Source: an uncultured Mycoplasmatota bacterium
GTDB taxonomy: Bacteria; Bacillota_I; Bacilli_A; RF39; UBA660
Reading direction: 5' to 3'
Assembly (NCBI GenBank): GCA_946500695.1
Contig: CAMMWS010000002.1
Coordinates: 1,607 to 65,606, forward strand
Length of the DNA: 64,000 nt
The position numbers were made by a program, and so were the translations under genes. The notes beneath the pieces are model-generated. The model saw only the letters and a program-made list of their open reading frames with translations. It made no database searches and was not told where the DNA came from. The stretch's first letter is position 1. Every line of letters starts with the position of its first letter. Below, piece after piece: positions 29,985 to 39,805 of the stretch.

Positions 29985-31478
29985 TTATTTATCTATAGGT
30001 TTCATTGTTGGGAACAGTATTACATCGCGAATACTTTCTTGTTCTGTAAAGAACATAATAAGTCTATCAATTCCATAACCAATTCCCCCAGCAGGAGGCA
30101 TACCATACTCTAACGCTTCAATAAAGTCCATATCAATATCATTCGCTTCTACATTACCTAAATCTTTTTCTTTCAATTGTTCACGGAATCTATCTAACTG
30201 ATCATCTGGATCATTAAGTTCTGTATAAGCATTAGCCATTTCTCTACCTGCAATAAATAATTCAAATCTATCAACAAATCTAGGATCATCTTTATTCTTC
30301 TTAGTAAGTGGAGAAATCTCTACTGGATGTCCATATAAGAACGTAGGTTGAATTAATGTCTCTTCTACATACTTTTCAAAGAATAAATTAATGATATGAC
30401 CTACTGTCTTTTCATGCTCTTGAACTTCAATATTATGTTCACGAGCAAGTTCTAAAGCCTCATCTACACTAATTTCTTTTTTAAAGTCAATACCAGTTAC
30501 TTCTTTAATTGCATCAACCATACTAATTCTCTTCCATGGTCCTTTTACACTAATATTTTGATTATTCCAATGATAATCAGTCTTACCAATAACATTCTCG
30601 GCAATATTAACAAACATCTTTTCCGTTAAATCCATCATACCCTCTAAATCAGAATATGCTTCATATACTTCCATCATCGTAAACTCAGGATTATGTCTAG
30701 TATCCATTCCTTCATTTCTAAAGACACGTCCTATCTCATAAACTTTTTCCATACCTCCAACTAAAAGTCTCTTTAAAGGAAGTTCTAAGGCAATTCTAAG
30801 GTACATATCAAGGTCTTGACTATTATGATGTGTAATAAAAGGACGAGCAGAAGCACCGGTTAAAAGTGTTGATAAAACAGGTGTTTCTACTTCAACAAAG
30901 CCTTTATTATCTAAAAAGTTCTGAATAGAACGAATAATCTTTGGTCTTAAAAAGGCAACACGTCTAGACTCATCATTCATCATTAAATCAACATAACGTC
31001 TTCTATATCTTTCCTCAACATCAGTAAGTCCATGAAATTTCTCAGGAAGTGGTCTTAAAGCCTTAACTAAAGGAGTATATTCTAAACACTTAATAGTAAC
31101 TTCGCCAGTTCTTGTCTTCATAACCTTACCATAAACACCAACAATATCCCCAATATCTGCAGACTTAAATAATGTATAAATATCTTCACCAACATCATTT
31201 ATTGATATATATACTTGAATAGAGCCCGTCTTATCTTTTATAGAGAAAAATGAAGCTTTACCCATCTTTCTAATAAACATAATTCTACCTGCTACTTTAA
31301 CAGTATCAGTCATACTATCAAAAGCATCATGGTCTACACTTTCATACTTTTCTTTAATATCATTAGCATAATCCTCTCTATCATATCTACTCCCAAAAGG
31401 ATCATAACCTAATTCTCTTAATTTAAGAGCTTTATCTCTTCTAACTAATTCTTGTTCTGTTAATTTTCGCTCGTGCAT
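29985..31478 (-). CDS. lysS: Lysyl-tRNA synthetase, class II
   Basis: 497 aa with OB-fold N-domain, class II motifs (FRNEGMDTRHNPEFTMME and GGIGYGIDRLIMF); follows dusB as in Bacillus. Confidence 0.97.
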   Translation of the reverse strand: MHERKLTEQELVRRDKALKLRELGYDPFGSRYDREDYANDIKEKYESVDHDAFDSMTDTVKVAGRIMFIRKMGKASFFSIKDKTGSIQVYISINDVGEDIYTLFKSADIGDIVGVYGKVMKTRTGEVTIKCLEYTPLVKALRPLPEKFHGLTDVEERYRRRYVDLMMNDESRRVAFLRPKIIRSIQNFLDNKGFVEVETPVLSTLLTGASARPFITHHNSQDLDMYLRIALELPLKRLLVGGMEKVYEIGRVFRNEGMDTRHNPEFTMMEVYEAYSDLEGMMDLTEKMFVNIAENVIGKTDYHWNNQNISVKGPWKRISMVDAIKEVTGIDFKKEISVDEALELAREHNIEVQEHEKTVGHIINLFFEKYVEETLIQPTFLYGHPVEISPLTKKNKDDPRFVDRFELFIAGREMANAYTELNDPDDQLDRFREQLKEKDLGNVEANDIDMDFIEALEYGMPPAGGIGYGIDRLIMFFTEQESIRDVILFPTMKPIDK

Positions 31479-32161
31479 AAAACATCCTCCTTCACTGTAT
31501 CAGCTTGCACTACTTCTGTTTTAGCTAGTTTATCATGTAATCCCTGAGCATTTTTAGTAAATGCTATCATTATGACACTTATAATCATAACAAGGTATTG
31601 TATACCACTAAACAAACTAGTAGTAGTTAAATATAAGTCTTTACTTAAAAATAAAACTAAAGCTATACAAATAATATTTAATAATATACTATTATTAACC
31701 ATACTTCTAATAAGCAAATCATTCATAGATAAATCTTTATCATTAGTTTTCTTAATTCTAATTTTCATTAACTTCTTACCAAAAGTCTGCCCATTATTAT
31801 AACATGGATAAACAACATAGTAAAGTAAACTTATTACTACAGCTACTATAGATGAAACAACAGTATATTTTGCAATATCATACTCTATATCAACCATCTG
31901 ATTAACATAATCTTCCATAGAAGAAGTACCACTAACATAGTTTTCTAATATTTGATTCTGCTCTTCATATAACTTTGAAGCAGTATCATTAAGTGGTATA
32001 AATACTGTTATTAAAGTAGTAATAAAAGAAAGAATAATAACATCTATTAAAAAAGCTAACAATCTTTGACTAAACATAGCCTTAATATCTGTATTCTTTT
32101 TTACTTTCTTTTCTTCGCTTTTTTCTTCTTCATTTATTTTATCATAAACACTTTTCTTCAT
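31460..32161 (-). CDS. RDD-family membrane protein
   Basis: QRLLAFLIDVIILSF opening of the RDD domain, three or more TMs. Confidence 0.55.
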   Translation of the reverse strand: MKKSVYDKINEEEKSEEKKVKKNTDIKAMFSQRLLAFLIDVIILSFITTLITVFIPLNDTASKLYEEQNQILENYVSGTSSMEDYVNQMVDIEYDIAKYTVVSSIVAVVISLLYYVVYPCYNNGQTFGKKLMKIRIKKTNDKDLSMNDLLIRSMVNNSILLNIICIALVLFLSKDLYLTTTSLFSGIQYLVMIISVIMIAFTKNAQGLHDKLAKTEVVQADTVKEDVLCTSEN

Positions 32162-33128
32162 TTAAATCCTCCTTAAACTTCTCTAACACTTGTAGTATAT
32201 CACAAAGTTTAGTCATTTTATAAATTTTATTTTTAATTTCACTATTTCCTTTAACTCCTTTTAAATACCAACTTACATGACTCCTTATTTCTAAAACAGC
32301 TCTTTTCTCATCTTTAAGATCAGCTAACATTTTTAGATGTTTTATACACATATTAACTTTATCAATATCAGTTGGTAATTTATAAGGCTTACCCTCTAAA
32401 TATAAAACAGTATTTCTAATAAGCCAAGGATTACCTAAAACTCCTCTTCCAATCATAACTGCATCACAACCAGTAAAGTCTAACATCTCTTTAGCTTTTT
32501 CTGGACTAGTAACATCTCCATTACCAATTACTGGAATTTTAACATTATTTTTGACATCACGAATTATATTCCAATCAGCTTTTCCAGAATATCCTTGACT
32601 TCTTGTCCTCCCATGAACACAAATAGCACTAACACCTGCTTCTTCACATACCTTAGCAATTTCTACAGCACTTATATGATTAGCATCCCATCCACTACGA
32701 ATTTTAACCGTAACTGGGCATCTAACAGCTTTTACTACAGCACTAACTATTTCTTTAACTTTATTAGGTTCTTTAAGTAAAGCACTACCAGCTTGAGCCC
32801 TTAAAGCCACTTTAGGGACAGGACAGCCCATATTAATATCAATAATATCAGGCTTCATATTTTTTTCTATATATCTAGCTGCTTCTACAAAACTATCCAC
32901 ATCACTACCAAAAATTTGTTGTACAATAGGACGTTCAACATCTTCCATATAAAGCATATCTATAGTCTTTTTATTATCGTAACATATCGCTTTATCACTA
33001 ACCATTTCCGCATAGATAAGACCACAGCCCATTTCTTTAACTATCTTACGATATGCGCTATTACAAATACCTGCCATAGGGGCAAGGACAACTCTATTTT
33101 CTATTTCAACATTACCTATTTTCCACAT
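32142..33128 (-). CDS. dusB: tRNA-dihydrouridine synthase B
   Basis: Start at ATG 33126-33128 (MWKIGNVEIENRVVLAPMAG). DINMGCP and HGRTR motifs. Confidence 0.93.
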   Translation of the reverse strand: MWKIGNVEIENRVVLAPMAGICNSAYRKIVKEMGCGLIYAEMVSDKAICYDNKKTIDMLYMEDVERPIVQQIFGSDVDSFVEAARYIEKNMKPDIIDINMGCPVPKVALRAQAGSALLKEPNKVKEIVSAVVKAVRCPVTVKIRSGWDANHISAVEIAKVCEEAGVSAICVHGRTRSQGYSGKADWNIIRDVKNNVKIPVIGNGDVTSPEKAKEMLDFTGCDAVMIGRGVLGNPWLIRNTVLYLEGKPYKLPTDIDKVNMCIKHLKMLADLKDEKRAVLEIRSHVSWYLKGVKGNSEIKNKIYKMTKLCDILQVLEKFKEDLNEEKCL

Positions 33129-33201
33129 AAAATCACCCAACACTTGCAAAATATAAACTTTTATGTTACTATGAATATGTAAAAAAAATTTACATAAACT
33201 A

Positions 33202-33240
33202 TTAAGGGAACGTTCAACTCTGCAATGTTGAATGTCTACC
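33202..33240. repeat. 3' arm of a long inverted repeat (pairs with 33409-33439)
   Basis: ttaagggaac...gttgaatgtctacc. On the minus-strand RNA this gives 9 + 14 bp of pairing with the other arm (one G-U). The arm also contains its own ttcaac/gttgaa hairpin. Confidence 0.8.
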
Positions 33241-33292
33241 CCCATTATTTATTTTTTAGTGATAGACATTTGGTCTTTAAAAAGATCAAGTG

Positions 33293-33385
33293 TCATTTTT
33301 TTATTACAATTATCAATATGATAACTAGAGATAAAATGATAGAAATATGTTTAAGTACTTTTAATTCAAAGATGCGTCTATTCAT
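33293..33385 (-). CDS. Unannotated 30-aa hydrophobic peptide (type I toxin-like candidate)
   Basis: My translation: MNRRIFELKVLKHISIILSLVIILIIVIKK*. GGAGG lies 10 nt upstream. Below the ORF-track size cutoff. Confidence 0.45.
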   Translation of the reverse strand: MNRRIFELKVLKHISIILSLVIILIIVIKK

Positions 33386-33394
33386 ATCTATCAA

Positions 33395-33411
33395 ACCTCC
33401 TTTCCGGAGGT
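33395..33411 (-). promoter_or_regulatory. Hairpin sequestering the Shine-Dalgarno of the 30-codon ORF
   Basis: Minus strand: ACCTCC GGAAA GGAGGT, a perfect 6-bp stem in which the 3' half is the SD. Confidence 0.55.
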
Positions 33412-33439
33412 AGACACTCAACTGTTAAAGTTCCCTTAA
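33409..33439. repeat. 5' arm of the long inverted repeat (pairs with 33202-33240)
   Basis: ggtagacactcaac...gttcccttaa; see the partner arm. Confidence 0.8.
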
Positions 33440-33443
33440 ACAT

Positions 33444-33472
33444 ATTATATACTAAAGACATTTTTGATACAA
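33444..33472 (-). promoter_or_regulatory. Candidate sigma-A promoter for the small-ORF transcript
   Basis: Minus strand: TTGTAT, 17 nt, TATAAT. The predicted start falls at the first base of the 5' repeat arm. Confidence 0.4.
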
Positions 33473-33487
33473 TATATTTTGATCAAA

Positions 33488-33946
33488 TTAGATACTTTTT
33501 TCATTTTGTTGTTTTAATAAATCTCTAATTTCTTCAAGTAAAATTACTTGTTCATCCTTTTTCTTTTCTTCCTTTTTATGCTCTATTCCTAACTTTTTAT
33601 CGGCTTTATCTCTTATCTTAGAAACTACTTTAACCATTACAAAAATGCAAAGTGCAATAATTAAAAAATCTACAATACTTTGAATAAAAGATCCATACAT
33701 AATAGAAGCATCACCTATTTTAATAGATAAACCACTAAAGTCAAGTCCACCTAAAACTACTCCAAGTAAAGGCATAAATATATCATCAACTAAACTACTA
33801 ACTATCTTAGAAAATGCACCACCAATAATGACACCAATAGCCATATCTAAAACAGCCCCTCTACTAATAAATTTTCTAAACTCCCCTATTTCTTTTTCCA
33901 CTGTTTTCTTTGCTTTCACATCTACTTCCTCCATTACTTTTTCCAC
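33488..33946 (-). CDS. mscL: Large-conductance mechanosensitive channel
   Basis: EFRKFISRGAVLDMAIGVIIGGAFSKIVSSLVDDIFMPLLG is the canonical MscL TM1 region. Confidence 0.93.
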   Translation of the reverse strand: MEKVMEEVDVKAKKTVEKEIGEFRKFISRGAVLDMAIGVIIGGAFSKIVSSLVDDIFMPLLGVVLGGLDFSGLSIKIGDASIMYGSFIQSIVDFLIIALCIFVMVKVVSKIRDKADKKLGIEHKKEEKKKDEQVILLEEIRDLLKQQNEKSI

Positions 33947-33987
33947 AAGACCTGTGAATAATTGTATATATAATACAGAAAAAAGAA

Positions 33988-35955
33988 CTATTTTTCAAGT
34001 TCTTTTATAAGCTCTGCCTTATTCATTTTAGTATAACCTTTAATACCTTTTTCTCTAGCAAGTTCTTTCAACTTAGTTAAACTCATCTTCTCATAACTAG
34101 TCTCTTCATCTTCATTAGGCATTTTTCCATGTTCTACTAAGTAATCAATTTGTTCTTTAGTTAATGTCTCATACTCCAATAATGTCTTGGCAAGTAAATC
34201 AAGTAAATCTCTATTATCTTTAATAATCTTAGTTGCTTCATCATAACATTTATCAATAATTTTTCTCATTTCTTGATCTATTTCATGTGCTACTTCATTA
34301 GAGAAATTACGACTCTTAGCATAATCACGACCTAAGAAAGCACTTCCCTCTCTTTGTTCTAATTGCATTGGTCCTAAATCACTCATACCATATTCAGTAA
34401 CCATAGCTCTAGCAATCTTAGTAGCTTTCTCAAAATCATTTTCAGCACCCGTTGTTACTTCTCCAAAAACAACTTCTTCACTAACACGTCCTGCAAGTAA
34501 ACCTGTAATCTCTTCTAATAAATCAGTCTTAGTGCGACAAATCTTTTCTTCACTAGGGATCATCATATTATATCCACCAGCAGCACCTCTTGGAATAATT
34601 GTAACTTTTTGAACGTCATTAGCACCTTTTAACTTAATACCAACAACAGCATGACCAGACTCATGATAAGCAACTAATTTTCTATCGTTCTCACTACGTT
34701 TAGCACTTGTCTTAGCTGGTCCCATTAGAACCCTATCACTAGCTTCATCAATTTCACTCATTGTAATAGCATCTTTATTACGTCTAACTGCAAGTAAAGC
34801 AGCTTCATTAAGTAAATTTTCTAGGTCAGCTCCTGAATATCCTGGAGTTCTCTTAGCAATAGCAGGAATATTAACACCATCTGCTAACACCTTATTACGA
34901 GCATGAACTTTAAGTATTTCTTCACGTCCCTTTACATCAGGCAAATTAACTGTAACTTGTCTATCAAAACGACCTGGACGAAGTAGGGCTGGATCTAGTA
35001 CATCAGGTCTATTAGTAGCAGCAATTATAATGATACCTTCATTTTCACCAAAGCCATCCATCTCAGTAAGTAATTGATTTAATGTTTGTTCTCTTTCATC
35101 ATGGCCTCCACCAATACCAGTACCCCTTTGTCTACCTACAGCATCAATCTCATCTATAAAGATAAGACATGGCGCTGTTCTTTTAGCTTGTTGGAACATA
35201 TCACGAACACGACTCGCACCCACACCAACAAACAACTCAACAAAGTCAGATCCACTAATATAATAGAAAGGAACATTAGCTTCTCCTGCAACAGCACGAG
35301 CTAACAATGTTTTACCAGTTCCAGGAGGACCATATAAAAGAACACCCTTAGGAATTCTTGCTCCTAATTTTTGGAACTTCTTAGGATTCTTTAAGAAATC
35401 AATTAATTCTTTAACTTCTTCTTTTTCTTCATTAAGACCTGCTACATCTTTAAAAGTAACTTTATTTTTTTCACTAGATAGCTTTGCTTTACTCTTTCCA
35501 AAATCAAGCGAATTCTTACCTCCGCCCATTTGCTTACTTAAAAACCAGAAACAAACGAACGCTAAAATAGCAATAGGTAAAACATTAGCTAAAACAAGTA
35601 AAATTGTACTAGATTCTGGATCAGCAACACTATTAAACTCAAAATCATCAGCATCACTTGCTTCTACTAATTTTCTCATAACTTGATCAGATAAAGGTAC
35701 CCTAACAAAGAAACTTTCGTTTTCAGCATAATCATCTAAAGTACCTGTAATTTCATAAACTTTCGCTCTATCACGAGGTGTTACTGTAATCTCTTTAACT
35801 TCTTTATCTTCAAGACTAGTCATAAACTCATCATAAGTTAAAACATTAACTTTTTGATTAGCAACACTTACAAAATAAACAACCCCAAGCATTACTAGAA
35901 GCAAAAAGACATATGGAAGTAAACCTTTTTTTACCACTTTTTTATTTACATTCAT
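33988..35955 (-). CDS. ftsH: ATP-dependent zinc metalloprotease FtsH with a C-terminal Rho_N/SAP-like tail
   Basis: Walker [12 protein letters not shown], zinc motif HESGHA. The last ~33 aa are [31 protein letters not shown]. Confidence 0.96.
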   Translation of the reverse strand: MNVNKKVVKKGLLPYVFLLLVMLGVVYFVSVANQKVNVLTYDEFMTSLEDKEVKEITVTPRDRAKVYEITGTLDDYAENESFFVRVPLSDQVMRKLVEASDADDFEFNSVADPESSTILLVLANVLPIAILAFVCFWFLSKQMGGGKNSLDFGKSKAKLSSEKNKVTFKDVAGLNEEKEEVKELIDFLKNPKKFQKLGARIPKGVLLYGPPGTGKTLLARAVAGEANVPFYYISGSDFVELFVGVGASRVRDMFQQAKRTAPCLIFIDEIDAVGRQRGTGIGGGHDEREQTLNQLLTEMDGFGENEGIIIIAATNRPDVLDPALLRPGRFDRQVTVNLPDVKGREEILKVHARNKVLADGVNIPAIAKRTPGYSGADLENLLNEAALLAVRRNKDAITMSEIDEASDRVLMGPAKTSAKRSENDRKLVAYHESGHAVVGIKLKGANDVQKVTIIPRGAAGGYNMMIPSEEKICRTKTDLLEEITGLLAGRVSEEVVFGEVTTGAENDFEKATKIARAMVTEYGMSDLGPMQLEQREGSAFLGRDYAKSRNFSNEVAHEIDQEMRKIIDKCYDEATKIIKDNRDLLDLLAKTLLEYETLTKEQIDYLVEHGKMPNEDEETSYEKMSLTKLKELAREKGIKGYTKMNKAELIKELEK

Positions 35956-35973
35956 TGGAAATCTCTCCTTTTT

Positions 35974-37290
35974 CTATTCATATCTCAGTATTATATCATA
36001 AAATTCATTATTAGTCTTATCAAATTTAGACTTTTTAAGGCCTGGCACAAAAACTATATGTGAGGCACTATCAACTACTATAGGCCATAAATCCCTTTCT
36101 GTCAAAGGAATTTTTGCATCTATAAAAATATCTTTAATTTTTTTATGTCCTCCTCCTTTTATAGCCATCACATCACCTAATTTTCTCGTTCTAACTATCA
36201 AAGGTAAAACAACTTCTTTACTTGATAATTTAATAATATTATTACTATTACCTTTAACTGAATCCAATTGTTTTAATCTATGACCATTTGGCAAAAGAAC
36301 TTCTTTAGAAACTTCAATCTCATAACTACTAAAAAGAACAGGATTTCTACTAATAGATAATGTATTATAGCTCTTAATAACCTCTACGTCGTTAGGTAAA
36401 TTAATTTTAGAATTACTCTTTTTACTATCAATTAATTTCTCCATTAAATCTAAATGCCTATCATTAATTAATATTAAATCATCTTGATAAAAAGCTGAAA
36501 TAAATCTTTCTAACACAATCCTTTGTAAAAACTTATTAAGAGTTAAATACCTATCTATAAAAAGTTTATTGCCATTAACAACTTTTAAAATAGCTTTACT
36601 AGCTTCTTCTTCAATAAAGCTATCTGCATCGCTCAAAACATTACTAAATTTTAAAAACTTTTTATGAATATCTTTATCTTCTTTTTTTAAGAAAGGAAGA
36701 ATTTCTTTACGATATCTATTTCTTGTATAAACACTACTAAAATTACTATTATCAATAGCATAAGGTACCTTTTCTTTATGACAATAATTAACTAATTCAT
36801 CTTTAGTTAAACCTATAAAAGGTCTATAAATGTAGTATCCATCCATTTTAACTAATTTTTGAAAGCCACTATACCCCTTTAATGTAGAACCCCTTGCAAT
36901 CCTCATCAAAATAGTTTCCATTAAATCATCGCCATGATGGGCAGTAAGCAAATACTTAGCATTATATTTTTTTACAACTTCATCAAAAAATTGATATCTT
37001 ATATTTCTAGCTTCATTATGAAAATTATCATCTCCATATTTTTCTATTTTCATATACTCGAAAATAACGTTATTAGTTTTACAAAAATATTCTAAATCCT
37101 CTTTCTCTTTAGCACTCTCACGTCTTTTATCATGATTAACATGGGCACAAACTAATACAATATTTATTTTTTTTCTATATTCCAAAAGAGTTTTAAACAA
37201 AGCCATAGAATCAGGCCCATAACTACAACCAAAAACTAAAAAATCTCCAACTTTAACTTTAATATCTTTATACAAATTGTCTATATCCAT
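35974..37290 (-). CDS. tilS: tRNA(Ile)-lysidine synthetase
   Basis: PP-loop variant GCSYGPDSMAL, 438 aa, immediately upstream of ftsH. Confidence 0.88.
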   Translation of the reverse strand: MDIDNLYKDIKVKVGDFLVFGCSYGPDSMALFKTLLEYRKKINIVLVCAHVNHDKRRESAKEKEDLEYFCKTNNVIFEYMKIEKYGDDNFHNEARNIRYQFFDEVVKKYNAKYLLTAHHGDDLMETILMRIARGSTLKGYSGFQKLVKMDGYYIYRPFIGLTKDELVNYCHKEKVPYAIDNSNFSSVYTRNRYRKEILPFLKKEDKDIHKKFLKFSNVLSDADSFIEEEASKAILKVVNGNKLFIDRYLTLNKFLQRIVLERFISAFYQDDLILINDRHLDLMEKLIDSKKSNSKINLPNDVEVIKSYNTLSISRNPVLFSSYEIEVSKEVLLPNGHRLKQLDSVKGNSNNIIKLSSKEVVLPLIVRTRKLGDVMAIKGGGHKKIKDIFIDAKIPLTERDLWPIVVDSASHIVFVPGLKKSKFDKTNNEFYDIILRYE

Positions 37291-37311
37291 AAAATCACCA
37301 CTGTCTAATTA

Positions 37312-37614
37312 CTATTCATCATCTTCAGGTATTTTTAAAATATATTCTCCATCTTTAGAATAATAATATTTTTCTCTTGCATACCGTGCTATATAATCGG
37401 AATCTTGAAGCTTTTTAACATCAGACTCTAATTCTTCTTCTTTATCCTTTAGAGAAGCTAATTCTTTCTTTAACTCTCCCTTCTCCTGATATTTACTATA
37501 TATCATAGTCCAATATCTAAAAATTGTAAATGTAGTAAAAATTATAACAGCAAAAGAAATACATAACAACAAAATAGGACCTAATTTTTTCTTTTTCTTA
37601 TGTTTTCTAGCCAT
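37312..37614 (-). CDS. divIC: Septum formation initiator (DivIC/FtsB family)
   Basis: 100 aa with N-terminal TM then a coiled coil (KKELASLKDKEEELESDVKKLQD); follows yabP-yabQ. Confidence 0.7.
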   Translation of the reverse strand: MARKHKKKKKLGPILLLCISFAVIIFTTFTIFRYWTMIYSKYQEKGELKKELASLKDKEEELESDVKKLQDSDYIARYAREKYYYSKDGEYILKIPEDDE

Positions 37615-37681
37615 TAAAATTTCACCTACTTTCCTAACATATATTATAGTATTAGAAAAAAACTAGTTCAATATTAACTAG

Positions 37682-38017
37682 TCAATTTTTACACTTTTGG
37701 TCATCTTTTTTATTTTTTTCTTTAATATCAGGGATTTTTAATAAAAATCTTAACTTTTTACTAAAATTAAAAAACGTGAAAAACCCTAAAGCAATAAACA
37801 AATAAAAATACGGATGAATAATAGCACTATTTATTTTTCTCATAACAAGAAAATAGATTAACACTAAGTCAAGTACAAATATAATATTAAAAATAATCTT
37901 AACTACTCTTCTCTTATTAAAAAGTAATTTATAATTGAAATTATATAAACAAGATAAAAGGACACCAAATATAAAAGAAAAGATAATAGCAACTATTTGT
38001 TCTTTCAAAATCATCAT
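37682..38017 (-). CDS. yabQ: Spore cortex biosynthesis protein YabQ
   Basis: Small polytopic membrane protein overlapping the yabP stop by 4 nt, as in Bacillus/Clostridia. Confidence 0.6.
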   Translation of the reverse strand: MMILKEQIVAIIFSFIFGVLLSCLYNFNYKLLFNKRRVVKIIFNIIFVLDLVLIYFLVMRKINSAIIHPYFYLFIALGFFTFFNFSKKLRFLLKIPDIKEKNKKDDQKCKN

Positions 38018-38313
38018 CTAAATAATCGATTAAAGACACTAGCTCCTTCTTTATCTTTTTTACTATTATTCTCATCCATATAAGAAAAACCTTTAACAAG
38101 TCCTTTTATAGAAACATTACCAGCTAAAGTATCTAACTTAACAAGTTCTAAATCTTCACCTTTAACAGCCAAATATCCCATAACAGTTTCAAGCAAAAAC
38201 TCTTCATTATCAAAATTTTCTATTTTCTTAACTCCTGTAATAAGCAAATTTTTTCTTTCCGTAATTGTAATACTATGATTATAATTATTAATGATTGCTT
38301 CCTTATTTTCCAT
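38014..38313 (-). CDS. yabP: Sporulation protein YabP
   Basis: HSITITERKNLLITGVKKIENFDNEEFLLETVMGYLAVKGEDLELVKLD matches the YabP family pattern. Confidence 0.8.
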   Translation of the reverse strand: MENKEAIINNYNHSITITERKNLLITGVKKIENFDNEEFLLETVMGYLAVKGEDLELVKLDTLAGNVSIKGLVKGFSYMDENNSKKDKEGASVFNRLFR

Positions 38314-38369
38314 ATTATCACCTAATAAAGACTATGCAATTACTAAAAATAATATGAAAAAAAGAAGAA

Positions 38370-38648
38370 TTAATCTTCTTTAGTATCTTCATCTTTAATG
38401 TTATTATAAGCTTCAATAATTTTATCTTGAAACATTGCTCTAACTTCTGGATTAATTGGATGCGCAATATCACGATACCCACCAGCTTGAGTTTTTCTAC
38501 TAGGCATAGCAATAAATAAACCATTATCTCCTTCAATAATTCTAATATCGTGTACAGCAAAAGAATCATCAAGTAAAACAGATGCTATACCTTTCATACG
38601 ACTTCCTTCTTTTTCAATTTTACGTACATTTACAGATGTAATTTTCAT
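38370..38648 (-). CDS. spoVG: Septation protein SpoVG
   Basis: [12 protein letters not shown]...[34 protein letters not shown] is the canonical SpoVG sequence. Confidence 0.95.
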   Translation of the reverse strand: MKITSVNVRKIEKEGSRMKGIASVLLDDSFAVHDIRIIEGDNGLFIAMPSRKTQAGGYRDIAHPINPEVRAMFQDKIIEAYNNIKDEDTKED

Positions 38649-38766
38649 ATGTAACCTCCTAATACTAAGTCTTATAAGTCAATTCTATACCAGTTAAGTA
38701 ACTTTTGCAAGTTATTTTTAATTACTTGTCAACCACTTTACTAAAAATCATATCTAATTTATTTAA

Positions 38767-38982
38767 CTACTTAAGAATCTCTAAACTAGACGTTATTAAA
38801 TCATTATATGAAAAAGACTTAATATTATCATCACCAACTAACTTAACAACAAATATAGAATGATAAGTTTCTATTATCTTTCCATCAAATTCTGCTATTT
38901 GATTTCTACTACCATTAAATTTAAAATGAAGAGTTTTCCCTTCCTGTCTTTTAACCTCATCTCTTATTTTATCTACATTCAT
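38767..38982 (-). CDS. veg: Veg protein
   Basis: 71 aa, IRDEVKRQEGKTLHFKFNGSRNQ...SIFVVKL...SFSYNDL, Veg-like; adjacent to yabG. Confidence 0.85.
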   Translation of the reverse strand: MNVDKIRDEVKRQEGKTLHFKFNGSRNQIAEFDGKIIETYHSIFVVKLVGDDNIKSFSYNDLITSSLEILK

Positions 38983-39767
38983 CTAGGATACCCCACATAC
39001 ATAACACCATTAGTAATAATTCCCCCCATACCATCACTACCATAATGAGTTTTAGAAAGCAATGATATTAAATCAATCTCTTTATTCTTGGGAGATAAAG
39101 CAATAGTACTAGCAATTATAGCAGGATCAAGAGCATGAATATTAATTCTTTTAGGACTAGAAGCAAAGTTAGCACCTGCTTTTATTAAATCTTCATAAAA
39201 AGACTGACAAGCACCCGCTATTATAATAAGCTTATCTTGATTTCTTTCATACTCTCTAGCTTTAACAGTCGCCTTTACAAAATTAGAAGAATTCTGATAA
39301 CTAGACAAAGTGTTTTTATCTTTATTTTTTTTAAATGAATCATGTCCTGTAATAACCAAAATATCAGGCTTATATTTTTCTAAACAAGAAGTAATTTCTT
39401 TATCAAAATCCTCTTCATCTAAATTCACTCCATAAGCTTCCAGATGCATATCTTTATAAAAGTCTATACATCTTCTTAAATAATCATTATCACCATCAAT
39501 ATGTAAAATTTTTCCAGGTAAATAAAAATATTCACTACGGTCTAAATTCAACATATCTTTAATTTTCTTAGCATCACTTCTATCTTTATCATTATCTAAA
39601 ACCAAAGAAACAGATTCCAAATCATCTAAATTACTATCAGCATAAAGCCTTACGTCAATACCTTTTAAATAAGCTATATCACCTTTAATATCAGCAATTA
39701 TAAACAAAATATCATTATTATATGAATTTCTTGTAACATAATCACCAACCTTAAACCCTTTAAACAT
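38979..39767 (-). CDS. yabG: Sporulation-specific protease YabG (peptidase U57)
   Basis: ATG 39765-39767 follows GGGTGA by 5 nt. ILHIDGD, VITGHD and GACQS motifs; ksgA-yabG-veg synteny. Confidence 0.8.
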   Translation of the reverse strand: MFKGFKVGDYVTRNSYNNDILFIIADIKGDIAYLKGIDVRLYADSNLDDLESVSLVLDNDKDRSDAKKIKDMLNLDRSEYFYLPGKILHIDGDNDYLRRCIDFYKDMHLEAYGVNLDEEDFDKEITSCLEKYKPDILVITGHDSFKKNKDKNTLSSYQNSSNFVKATVKAREYERNQDKLIIIAGACQSFYEDLIKAGANFASSPKRINIHALDPAIIASTIALSPKNKEIDLISLLSKTHYGSDGMGGIITNGVMYVGYPR

Positions 39768-39805
39768 ACATTTCACCCATTAAATTATATGTTTAAAAGA
39801 AATAA

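Noticed and set aside
33225-33413. 62-aa plus-strand ORF in the mscL-dusB gap
   Set aside because: It has no RBS and would be an isolated plus-strand gene. The region is better explained by the minus-strand small ORF with SD hairpin, promoter and flanking helix.
38318-38572. 84-aa minus-strand ORF overlapping spoVG in another frame
   Set aside because: It lies almost entirely inside the unmistakable spoVG CDS. It is Leu/Ile/Lys-rich low-complexity sequence, as expected from an alternative frame of AT-rich DNA, and has no RBS.
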